Positions 10,261 to 20,476 of a DNA stretch of 64,000 bases are shown here, piece by piece (the stretch's first letter is position 1; each line of letters opens with the position of its first letter). The position numbers and the translations under genes are program-made. Below the pieces are notes generated by a model. That model was not told the DNA's origin. It searched no databases and saw only the letters and a list, made by a program, of their open reading frames with translations. Origin of the DNA: Alphaproteobacteria bacterium (GTDB lineage: Bacteria; Pseudomonadota; Alphaproteobacteria; Bin95). Location: assembly GCA_965205265.1 (NCBI GenBank), contig CBDBGH010000003.1, forward strand, positions 5,312,001 through 5,376,000, given 5' to 3'.

Positions 10261-11099
10261 CCGAACGCGCCCGGCTGACCGATGCGCTCGCGCTCGCGGC
10301 CCGTCCGCGCGAACGCGAATACGCCGTCCACGATACCGCCCTTCAGGGCTTCATGCTGCGCGTCCAGCCCAACGGCGCGCGATCCTGGGTGTTCCGCTTC
10401 CGGCGCGACGGCAAGCCGTGCCGGGTCACGCTCGGCAGGCCGGAGGCGGTAAAGGCCGACCGGGCGCGCGCTGCGGCGCTCGCCTTCCTCGCCCGCGAGA
10501 AGGGCGTCGGCGATTCTCTGCCCCTTCCCGCTTCCGGCCCGACGCTGGCGAAGTTCGCCGTGGAATATGTCGAGCGGCGCGCCCCGTCCTGGAAGCCGTC
10601 CACGGTGCAGGCGACCCTGAGCTACCTCGACAGCGCCATCCTGCCCGCGCTCGGCCATCTGCGCGTCGGCGCGGTCGTGCGGGCCGACATTGCCCGCTTC
10701 TTCCACGACTACGGGCGGCGGAGGCCGGGCGGGGCGAACCGCGCCCATGACATCCTTCGCAACATGTTCGACTGCGCCGTCGCGTGGGGTCATCGGCCCG
10801 AGGCCGCCGGGAACCCGTGCACGGGCATCGTCCGCTACCGGCGTCCGCCGCGCGGGCGGCTGCTGGGTGCGGACGATCTGGCGAAGCTGGGCGCGGTGCT
10901 GCGCGAGCGCGAGGCCGAACACCCGGTCTGCGCCGCGGCGGTGCGCCTGCTCCTGCTGACCGGGTGCCGGCCGGGGGAGATTCGCCGCCTGCGCTGGTGC
11001 GAGGTCAAGCCGGACCGGCTCGCGCTGCCCGACACCAAGACAGGGTTATTATTTTGCAGCCACCCGGAGCATGCGCCTGGCTGCGCTGTGGCTCTGTAG
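10257..11099 (+). pseudogene. tyrosine integrase A2, truncated after DTKTG (no HxxR or catalytic Tyr)
   Basis: ATGA overlap with A1; identity to the intact copy ends at 11041. Confidence 0.9.
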
Positions 11100-11227
11100 A
11101 GCGTTATATTTCCTACAGTTTTCCTGATTCCTCGCCGCTTCGACCCTCTTGCATCCCCGCGGGGGATGCGCTTGAATGCGCCCCGGTTCGATGCCGCGCA
11201 TGTGCGGTTTGATCACGGGATGAAGCC

Positions 11228-12412
11228 ATGCCCCGGCGAAGCACTCTGAAGATCACCAAGCGCACCGTCGATGCGCTCCGCGTCGAGGAAGGCGACGCCA
11301 CCTTCTGGGACCGCGACCTGGCCGGCTTCGGCGTGCGCGTGCACGCCACCGGACGCAAGGTCTATGTGGTCCAGTCCCGGGGACCGGGCGGGCTGAAGCG
11401 CGCCCCGATCGGCCGGCACGGCGAGATCACCGTCGACGAGGCGAGGGAGAAGGCGGCGGCGGCGATCGACCGGATCAAGCGGGGCGGGGAGCCCTTTCCG
11501 GCGCCGGCGCCGCCGGCGCTCACCGTGGCCGGGCTGGCGGAGCGCTATCTGGAGAAGCATGTGGCGGTGCGCTGCAAGCCGGCGACGGCGGCGCTCTACC
11601 GGTCGGTGCTGGAGCTTCACATCCTTCCGGCGCTGGGCGGCAGGGCGCTGTCCGAGGTCGGGCGGGAGGACGCGGCGGAATTCCATCACCGGCTGCGCGG
11701 CACGCCTTACATGGCCAACACCGCGGCGGCGGTGCTGTCGAAGATGTACCGGCTGGCGGAGAGCTGGGAGCTGGCGCCGCGCGGGTCGGACCCGTGCCGG
11801 TCGCTGCGCCGCTACCCGGAGCACAGGCGCGAACGGTTCCTGACGCCGGAGGAATACCGGCGGCTGGGCGAAGCGCTGCGCGAGGCGGAGGCGAAGGCGG
11901 CGCCGTGGCCGCAGGCGGTGGCGGCGATCCGGCTGCTGCTGCTCACCGGGTGCCGCAAGAGCGAGATCCTGACGCTCAGGTGGGACGATGTCGACCGGGT
12001 GGCGAACGAGCTGCGGTTTCGCGATGCGAAATCGGGGCCGCGCATGGCGCCGCTGACGCCGCCGCTGGTGACGGTGCTCGACGGCATCGACCGGCGTGAC
12101 GGCAGTTCGTGGGTCATTCCGGGCCGCAGGCCGGAGACGCATCTGGCCGGTCTCGACCATTACTGGAGGCGCATCACGGCGGCGGCCGATCTGAAGGACG
12201 TGCGCCTTCACGACGCCCGCCACAGCTATGCGAGCCGGGCGCTGGCGCTGGGCGAGAGCCTGAGCATGATCGGGCGGCTGCTGGGCCATTCCCGGGTGGC
12301 GACGACGGCGCGCTATGCGCATCTGGTGCGGGATGCGGAGAAGGCGGCGGCGCACCGGGTGGGCGAGAGCATCGGCGCTCATGTTGTGGCGCCGGAGCGG
12401 TCCGCGGCATGA
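11228..12412 (+). CDS. tyrosine integrase C1 (arm-binding domain)
   Basis: TGCRKSE, DAKSG, HDARHS, LGH, TTARYAH. Confidence 0.95.
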   Translation: MPRRSTLKITKRTVDALRVEEGDATFWDRDLAGFGVRVHATGRKVYVVQSRGPGGLKRAPIGRHGEITVDEAREKAAAAIDRIKRGGEPFPAPAPPALTVAGLAERYLEKHVAVRCKPATAALYRSVLELHILPALGGRALSEVGREDAAEFHHRLRGTPYMANTAAAVLSKMYRLAESWELAPRGSDPCRSLRRYPEHRRERFLTPEEYRRLGEALREAEAKAAPWPQAVAAIRLLLLTGCRKSEILTLRWDDVDRVANELRFRDAKSGPRMAPLTPPLVTVLDGIDRRDGSSWVIPGRRPETHLAGLDHYWRRITAAADLKDVRLHDARHSYASRALALGESLSMIGRLLGHSRVATTARYAHLVRDAEKAAAHRVGESIGAHVVAPERSAA

Positions 12413-13581
12413 GGGGGGACCGGCGGCGGACGATCTCGAACCGCATGGTGGCGGCGCTGGAGGTCGAGCGGGACACGGTGTTCTGGGATCGGGAGCTGAA
12501 GGGCTTCGGGGTGCGGGCCTATCCCGGCGGAGGCAAGGTCTACGTCGCCCAGGCGCGGGGACCGAAGGGGCCGCGGCGCGTCACGGTGGGACGCCACGGG
12601 GTGGTCAACGCCGAGGAGGCGAAGCGCCGGGCGGCGCTGATCATCGCGCGGGTCAAGGCGGGCGAAGACCCGGCGCCGGAGCCGCTGGCGGCGAAGCGGG
12701 CGCGGGGGCCGACGGTGGCCGATCTGGCGGCGCGCTATCTCGAGGACCATGTGGCGGTGCGCTGCAAGCCGAAGACCGCGAGGACGGCGCGCAGCGTGGT
12801 GGAGCGGCACATCGTGCCCGGGCTCGGCGCCCTGGCGCTGGCGGCGGTGGAGCCCCGCCATGTGCTCGACCTGCATCACGGGCTGAGCGACCGGCCCGCG
12901 ATGGCGAACATGGCGGTGGCCACGCTGTCGCACATGTACCGGCTGGCGGAGGGCTGGGGCATGGTGGCGGAGGGTGCCGACCCGTGCGGGTCGGTGGCGC
13001 GGTATCCGTCAAGGCGCCGCGAGCGGTTCCTCACCGACGCGGAGTTCGGGAAGCTGGGCCGGGTGCTGGACGAGGCGGCGGTCGAGGGCGGCGCGTCGGC
13101 GGGCGCGGTGGTCGCGATCCGGCTGCTGATGCTGACCGGGTGCCGCAAGAACGAGATCCTGACGCTGCGCTGGGAGGACGTGGACCTCGACGCCGGAGAG
13201 CTGGCGCTTGCCGATGCGAAAACGGGCCCGCGGGCGGTGCCCCTGCCGCCCTCGGCGGTTCGGCTGCTGGCGGCGCTGCCGCGCAGGCCCGGCAATCCCT
13301 GGGTCATTCCGGGGCACAGGCCGGGCACGCACATGACCGACATCGACGGCGCCTGGCAGACGCTCCGGGAGCGCGCCGGGCTGAAGGGCGTGCGCCTTCA
13401 CGATCTGCGTCACAGCTACGCCTCGCGCGCGCTGGCGCTGGGCGAGAGCCTGCCGATGATCGGCAAGCTGCTCGGCCACCGCCAGATCGAGACCACGGCG
13501 CGCTATGCCCACCTCGTGCGCGAATCCGTGCACGAGGCGGCGGCCCGGATCGCCGGCAGCATCGCTGCGGACCTGCTGTAG
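12409..13581 (+). CDS. tyrosine integrase C2 (arm-binding domain)
   Basis: ATGA overlap with C1; TGCRKNE, DAKTG, HDLRHS, LGH, TTARYAH. Confidence 0.95.
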   Translation: MRGDRRRTISNRMVAALEVERDTVFWDRELKGFGVRAYPGGGKVYVAQARGPKGPRRVTVGRHGVVNAEEAKRRAALIIARVKAGEDPAPEPLAAKRARGPTVADLAARYLEDHVAVRCKPKTARTARSVVERHIVPGLGALALAAVEPRHVLDLHHGLSDRPAMANMAVATLSHMYRLAEGWGMVAEGADPCGSVARYPSRRRERFLTDAEFGKLGRVLDEAAVEGGASAGAVVAIRLLMLTGCRKNEILTLRWEDVDLDAGELALADAKTGPRAVPLPPSAVRLLAALPRRPGNPWVIPGHRPGTHMTDIDGAWQTLRERAGLKGVRLHDLRHSYASRALALGESLPMIGKLLGHRQIETTARYAHLVRESVHEAAARIAGSIAADLL

Positions 13582-13733
13582 GGCCGCCTGCGGGACTCCT
13601 TGCGCCTTGCCGGAACGGCCCGTCGCGACCGCATCGTCGAAGAGGGGATGAACCGTCGATGAAACCGAACCGCCCTGCCGGCGTCGGCATCGAAGTCGAC
13701 GACCTTCGATTCCTTGACGGATAACGTCCCCGC

Positions 13734-15299
13734 TCATGCGGGTTCGGCGCGGATGTCGAGCAGGTTGCGCGCCTCGCGCCCGCAGGCCACGCCGACCAGG
13801 TGGACCGACCCGTCGTGATCGGCGTATTTTTCTGCGTAGCCCCGCCCGCGCATCTGCGCCATCGCCGCATCGAGCGCGGCCGCGCCGCCGTCATCGGTCT
13901 CCGCCACCTTGAACTCGATCACGAAGACCTGCCCGCCGAGACGCAGCACCATGTCCGCCCGGCCGCGGGACGAGGACTCCTCCACCCGCAGGTCAGCGCC
14001 GACCGCGCGCAGGCACATGTAGAGCAGGCTCGCATACCACGCCTCGTAGCGCGCGAGGTCCCCCGTCGCATGCCACTGGTAGGGGATGCCCGAGAGCCAG
14101 GCGTGCAGCGTCTCGCCGAAGCCCGCGAAGTCGTGCGCCTCAAGCAGGACGCAGAACTCCCGCCCCCGCTCCAGGGGCTCGACGCCCTTCTTGCCCAGCC
14201 AGGCCAGCAACCCGTCGTTCAGGCTGAGCCGGACCTCGAGGTTGGGATAGTCCAGACGGTAGAGGGTCCGGTACCCCTGCCGCTCCTCGCCCGCGATGGT
14301 GAGGTAGCCGGTCTGGAAGAGCAGCGCCTCGATGCCGATGTCGCCCACGTCGAACTTCGAGACCAGATCCATCCCGGCCAGCCGGCCCTCCAGTTCCATC
14401 GGGCTCACCGACTGCTCCGTCAGCATCCGGAACAGGAAGTCCGGAGACCCGGTCTCGAACCACCAGGGACGGAACTCGCGGCTGTCCAGCAGCAGCAGAA
14501 CGTCGTAGGGGTTGTAGACCGGCTCCCCGCCGCGCCAGCGGTAGCCATCGTACCAGGCGCGGATCTCCTCCCGATCCAGCCCGTCGAGTTCTGGAGCGAA
14601 CACCCGGTCGAGGTCCTCGTCCCGGTAGCCGCAGATCGCGGCGTAGCGCGGATCGAGGCTGATGTCCTTGAGGTTGTTGAGGCCCGAGAACAGGCTGACC
14701 TTCGAGAACATGCTCACCCCGGTGACGAAGACGAAGCGGACATGTTCGGCGCTGCCCTTGACGATGCCGTAGAAGCCGCGCAGCCAGTCCCGGTTGGCCC
14801 GCGCAAGCTCCGGGTCGTGAAGCACGTCCAGGATCGGCTTGTCGTATTCGTCCACCAGCACCACGGCCTGCCGGCCGGTGGCGTGGCGCAGGCGATAAAG
14901 GACATTCTGCAGGCGCTCCGGCCCCGTGTCGGCGACCGGCCCCGTGTCGAGATCGGCAGCATGTTCGATGATGGCCAGCTGGTTGAGGACGTTGCGCTCG
15001 ATCTCGCCCGGTTCGTTGTACTTGCCGTCGAAGCTGAGCCGCACCACCGGGTGCGGCGCGGACCAGTCCCAGTGCGGGTGGATGTCGAGCCCCCGGAACA
15101 GCGGCTCGTCGCAGGCGAACAGCGATCCCAGGGTATCCAGCAGCAGGCTCTTGCCGAAGCGGCGCGGGCGCGACAGGAAGTAGTGGTCGCCCTGCTCCAC
15201 GAGTTGCCGGATGAGCGGGGTCTTGTCGACATAGTAGCTGCCGCTCTCCCGGAGGCGCCGGAAGTTCTGGATCCCGATCGGAAGACGCTGCCGGGTCAT
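13734..15299 (-). CDS. AAA-ATPase-like / PD-(D/E)XK nuclease domain protein
   Basis: LPIGIQNF, YYVDKT, SRPRRFGKS (Walker A), LVDEYDKP, GRADM..VIEFK; GGAGG RBS before ATG at 15299. Confidence 0.93.
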   Translation of the reverse strand: MTRQRLPIGIQNFRRLRESGSYYVDKTPLIRQLVEQGDHYFLSRPRRFGKSLLLDTLGSLFACDEPLFRGLDIHPHWDWSAPHPVVRLSFDGKYNEPGEIERNVLNQLAIIEHAADLDTGPVADTGPERLQNVLYRLRHATGRQAVVLVDEYDKPILDVLHDPELARANRDWLRGFYGIVKGSAEHVRFVFVTGVSMFSKVSLFSGLNNLKDISLDPRYAAICGYRDEDLDRVFAPELDGLDREEIRAWYDGYRWRGGEPVYNPYDVLLLLDSREFRPWWFETGSPDFLFRMLTEQSVSPMELEGRLAGMDLVSKFDVGDIGIEALLFQTGYLTIAGEERQGYRTLYRLDYPNLEVRLSLNDGLLAWLGKKGVEPLERGREFCVLLEAHDFAGFGETLHAWLSGIPYQWHATGDLARYEAWYASLLYMCLRAVGADLRVEESSSRGRADMVLRLGGQVFVIEFKVAETDDGGAAALDAAMAQMRGRGYAEKYADHDGSVHLVGVACGREARNLLDIRAEPA

Positions 15300-15644
15300 C
15301 GGTTCCTCCCTGTGCGACGCCGGGCCATGCCGCCACCGGCCGCACCCGCCGAACGGGCGCACGGGATTCTGCGCCCCCGCCGTCCCGGCGACGCTACTCC
15401 TTCGCAGGACCCCGGGCAAGCAATGCAGCGGTCGCGCAGGGCTTGCAGCGGGCCGCTGTTTTTCCTAAAGAAGAACGAGGCTGAAAGGCTTGCGACCGCT
15501 ACTGTGCGACCGCAATCCAGTCCGGTACGGGGGAGGTCGAGGTCATGACGAACATTGCAAGCGTCGTTGCGATGCGCGGCCTCCTGCGGCGGCTGTCCGG
15601 GCGGGGTGAGGACGTGACCGCCTCACGCGCGCGCGACCTTCGTA

Positions 15645-15654
15645 CCCCCCCCCC
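15645..15654 (+). repeat. C10 homopolymer, candidate phase-variation tract
   Basis: Lies between the start codon and the signal-peptide H-region; current length is out of frame. Confidence 0.7.
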
Positions 15655-17826
15655 GAGGATTCAGCATCCGGGCGCGGGGCTGATCCGGTGGGCGCCCCCG
15701 GGAGACCTGCCCGCCGCCTGAGCGCGGCTCTTCTCGCCGTTCTGTTCTCACTGCTGACGCTGGCCGCCGCCCTCGCGCCATCAGACGCACAGGCGCAGAC
15801 GCCTGTGGCACCGGTTTTGAGCGCCACGGCAGGCGACGGGCAGGTCACGCTCTCCTAGACGCCCGACAGTAATAATAATTTTCCGCCTGGCATAGGCACC
15901 ACTTTTGCGAGATGGATTTATCAAAAAAAGGAAGGCAGCAGCGACTTCGACAACACTTGGACTCCCATGGGCACCGTCAGGGCAACCACGACTTACACGG
16001 TGACAGGGCTGATAAACGGCACCGCCTACACATTCAGGATGCGAGCATCCTACTCAGGGCCGAGCGGCGGTGCTTCCTCATCTAACTCCAACGAAGTCAC
16101 CGCCACCCCGATGGCGCCGGTCGTTCCGGTTCTCATCTCCGACCCTGACAAGAGCGTGACGCTGCCGTCCGGCCAGAACACGGTGGTGGTGTGCTACAAC
16201 CTCCAGGCGGTCTCGTATGACGGCACGACCTATCTGGAAACGCGCGGCGGCGGCCGGACCGCCGTGCCTGCGCACAGTTCGCTCAGCGATGCCACCAACG
16301 GCGTCGAGATCACGGCCGCGCCGACGGGCATCACCACCGGGCGCAACGTCAACCTCAGTCCCTGCGCCAGCCTCGGGGTCGGCACGCACACGGTCACCTG
16401 GGAATGGAACGGTCCCGACGGCACCGCCCCGAAGGGGACGACCTCGACCACGTTCACGGTCGTCGAAGCCCCGAGCACGAAAACTCTCACGCTGTCGGCG
16501 ACTTCGACCCGGATCACCGAGGGGAATTCCGGCCACACGGACGTCACCGTCACCATCACGCTCGGCGAGCCGGCGCCCGAGGACTTCACGGCCCTGATCT
16601 CCGCTGCCGGCGATCCGGGCACGGCGACGGAACCCACGAAATCGCAGGACGCCTGCGAGCCGCCGCTGCAACCGGCGGATACGGATTGGTGCTTTCTGTT
16701 GGACAGCGCCGCCGTCGCCATTGCCGAGGGCGAGACCGAGGGAACCGTCAAGATCCGGATTCTCGGCGATACCCGGGACGAAAGCAACGAGACCGTCATC
16801 CTGCATGTTTCCTCCGAGGAGCCGGGCTGGACCCGGGATGCCACCCTCACGCTGACCATCGTCGACGACGACGGGGTCACCAGCCCCGCTGCCCCGCCCG
16901 GCCTCAGGGCTTCGGCGGGCGACCGGCAGGTGACGTTGAACTGGAACGACCCGAACGACGCGACCATCACCGGCTACAAGCTGATCTACGCCAAGACAGG
17001 TGACAGGGGCAGCGCGAGCTGGGCCCCGGTCCCCGGTTCCGGCATCCGCACCCTGACCTACACGGTGAGGAACCTCGACAACGACGCCGAGTACAGCTTC
17101 AGGGTGCGGGCGGTGAACAGCGCCGGCGACGGGACGGCCACGACCTGGGTGACGGCGACGCCGACCGGCGGGGTCACCTGCCCGACGGCACAGCCGCCGA
17201 CGGCTCTGTCGGTCACGCCGGGTTCTGACCGACTGTCCCTGACCTGGACCGCCCCGACCCAGGCCAAGCGGAACGGCTGGCAGCTGCAATACCGCAAGAC
17301 GGGGGGAAGCTGGACCGCGGTCACGATCCCGAGCGCCGGCGCGACCAGCTACACGATCGGCGGACTGGAGGCCGGCACGGCCTATCAGGTGCGGCTTCAG
17401 GCCACGGTCGGCGTCCAGGGCGCCAACTGTCCCGCCAGCGCCTTCGCAACCGCCGCCGGCACAACGACGGGGAGCGTCTCCACCACGCCCACCACCTCCA
17501 CCCCCATCTACACCCCGCCCCCCGGCACGCCGCGGGCGGATGCCGGGTCGGAGATCGAGGCCGCGCCGGGGGCGCGGGTAAGGCTGGACGGTTCGGGGAG
17601 TACGGACCCGGACGGGGGCGAACTGAGGTATTCCTGGAGGCAGGTGCTGGGGTGGAGCGGTATCTACAGGACGGCGGTGGAACTCGAGGGCGCGGACACG
17701 GCGCGCCCGTCGTTCACGGCGCCGGCCGGGCCGTACACCCTGGACATCCTGGTGTTCCGCCTCACGGTGACGGACCCGGAGGGGAAGACCGACACGGCCT
17801 CGGTGTGGGTGAAGGTGGGCGATGCG

Positions 17827-19000
17827 GCGCCGGTGTTCGGCGATGCGTCGGTGACGGCGCTGGAGCTGGCCGAAGGCGCGGCGATGGCGGCGGTGACGCT
17901 GCCCGAGGCGACCGGCGGCAACGGGACGCTCAGCTACACCCTGACCTCGGCGCCGAGGGGCCTGGCGGGCCTCGCCTTCGACCCGTCGACGCGGCAGCTT
18001 TCGGGCACGCCGTTGGAGGGCGGCAGCTGGACGTTCACGTACCGGGCAGACGATGCCGACAGCAACCGGACGGAGGCGGATGCGGCGGTCCTGACCTTCA
18101 CGGTGACGGTGCGCGACGAGGCGCCGACGTTCGGCGATGCGTCGGTGGCGGCGCTGGCGCTGGCCGGGGACGAGGCGATGACGGCGGTGACGCTGCCCGA
18201 GGCGACCGGGGGCAACGGGGTGCTCACCTACACCCTGACCTCGGCGCCGACGGGCCTGGCGGGCCTCGCGTTCGACCCGGCGGCGCGGCGTCTCTCGGGC
18301 ACGCCGTCGGAGGGCGGCCGCTGGACGTTCACCTGGCGGGCGGACGACGCGGATTCGAACCGGACCGAGGCGGACGCGGCGATCCTGACCTTCACGGTGA
18401 CGGTGCGCGACGAGACGCCGACTTTCGGCGACGCGTCGGTGGCGGCGCTGGATCTGGCCCCGGGCGCGGCGATGACGGCGGTGACCCTGCCCGAGGCGAC
18501 CGGCGGCAACGGGGCGCTCAGCTACACCCTGACCTCGACGCCGAGGGGCCTGGCGGGTCTCGCGTTCGACCCGGAGACGCGGCGTCTCTCGGGCACGCCC
18601 CCGGAGAGCGGCAGTTGGACCTTCACCTGGCGGGCGGACGATGCCGACAGCAACCGGTCGGAGACGGATGCGGCGATCCTGACCTTCACGGTGACGGTGC
18701 GCGACGAGGCGCCGACTTTCGGCGATGCGTCGGTGGCGGCGCTGGCGCTGGCCGGGGACGAGGCGATGACGGCGGTGGTCCTGCCCGAGGCGACCGGCGG
18801 CAACGGAGCGCTCACCTACACCCTGACCTCCGAGCCGGCGGGGCTGGCGGGCCTCGCGTTCGACCCGGCGGCGCGGCGTCTCTCGGGCACGCCGTCGGCG
18901 GGGGGAAGCTGGACGTTCACGTACCGGGCGGACGACGCGGATTCGAACCGGACCGAGGCGGACGCGGCGATCCTGACCTTCGAGGTGAGGGTGGAGGACG
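17827..19000 (+). repeat. four tandem 294-bp (98-aa) Ig-like coding repeats
   Basis: Units start at 17827, 18121, 18415 and 18709 (APxFGDASV..LPEATGGNG..LSGTP..ADDADSN). Confidence 0.92.
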
Positions 19001-20476
19001 CGCGCACCGCCCTGGTGAAGCAGACGGTGCGGCGCACGCTGGCGGCGGTGGCGCGCCGGGCGCTGACCGGGGCGCTGGACAATATCGGGGCGCGTCTGGC
19101 GGCGGCGCCGATGAGCGGGCTGACGCTGGCGGGCGAGACGGTGCCGTTGAGCGTGTCCGGCGCCGGGACGGGCCTCCCGCTGGCGGGCCACGCCTGCGCG
19201 GCCGCGGACTCCTGGCGGCACGGCCTCGACTGGCCCGGCCCGGAGATCGGCATCGGAACGCCGGGCTGCGGCGGTCCGGCAAGCCGAAGCGTGGGGACGG
19301 ACGAACTGCTGAACGCGAGCGCGTTTTCGCTGGCCCTGGGGGCGGCCGAGGGCGAGGCGGGCCATGACCCGCATGCGCCGCGCTGGGCGGTGTGGGGCCG
19401 GGGCGACTACGGGACCTTCGCGGGGCGCCCCGACGGGATGCGCTACGACGGCGAGATGCGCACGGGCTGGATGGGGATCGACGCGCGGGCCGGCGCCTGG
19501 GTGGCCGGGCTTGCGGTGAGCCACGGTACGGGCGAGGCGGACTACGGCATCGACGGCGGCGCGGAGGGCCGCCTGGAGACCGGACTGACGGCGGTGTACC
19601 CCTACGGGCGGTGGACGGTGTCGGAGGGGCTGGAACTGCGCGGCGTGCTCGGCGCCGGCTGGGGCGAGGCGCGCCACCGGGTGGAGGACGGGGCGGAGGA
19701 GACGAGCGATCTCGCGATGCGGATGGCGTCGCTGGGCCTGCGCCACGAGTTGCCCCCGGTGGCCGGGATCGATCTTGCGGCGCGGACGGATGCCAGCATG
19801 GCGCGGATGGAGACGGACGAGGGCCCGGACCATGTCCACGGGCTGACGGCGGACAGCTGGCGGCTGCGGGCCGGGGTGGAGGCGTCGCGGCGCTTCGCGC
19901 TGGACGACGCCACTTCGCTGACCCCGTTCGTGGAGGCGGCGGCGCGCCGGGACGGCGGCGACGGGCTGACCGGGACCGGTCTGGAGGTCGCCGGCGGTGT
20001 GCGCTGGGAGGCGCCGCGGGTGCAGGTCGAGGCGCGGGGCCGGTGGCTGGCGGCGCACACCGAGGACGGCGCCGAGGAGAAAGGCGTGAGCGTGACCGCC
20101 CGGGTCGGGCCGGGAGCGCAGGGGCGCGGGCTGTCGCTGATGCTGAGCCCGCGCTGGGGCGCCGACGCGGGCGGCGCCGAGGCGCTGTGGCGCGACGCGC
20201 TGCCGGCGGCATCGGCTACGGGCACTGCCGCGGCGCTCGATGCCCGCATCGGCTACGGCCTCGGCCTGATGTCGTACGGCCTGCTGACGCCGTTCGCGGA
20301 GACCGGGCTGGCGGGGAACAGCGGCCAACGGCTGCGGCTCGGGACGCGGTTCGATACCCATCGCGCCGACATGGCGGTGGAGCTTGCGGGCGAGCACCGC
20401 GAGGGCGGCGCTTCCGGGCCGGAGCAGACGATCCGGCTCGACCTGACGCTGCGGTACTGAGCGGGGGGTGCGGACG

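Larger units (their letters stand above)
8871..11041 (+). mobile_element. paired-integrase element type A, truncated copy
   Basis: Near-identical inverted copy of 37271-39433, with one 8-bp indel near 9042-9050. Confidence 0.85.
15545..20460 (+). pseudogene. autotransporter adhesin (FN3 x3, Calx-beta-like, PKD-like, four Ig-like repeats, beta-barrel); 5' end frameshifted at a C10 tract and with an in-frame TAG; open frame 15967..20460
   Basis: Signal peptide ...LLTLAAALAPSDAQA-Q is in frame with the large ORF but separated from it by TAG at 15856; ATG 15545 is in frame only with C8 or C11; barrel ends RLDLTLRY. Confidence 0.85.

Noticed and set aside
9109-13581. Integron integrases or a RIT element
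   Set aside because: Proteins carry N-terminal arm-binding domains, lack the IntI insertion, come in pairs rather than trios, and no attC array is visible
15856-15858. TAG recoding or readthrough in the autotransporter
   Set aside because: TAG ends normal genes in this window (13579-13581, 44743-44745); a TGG>TAG nonsense change is simpler
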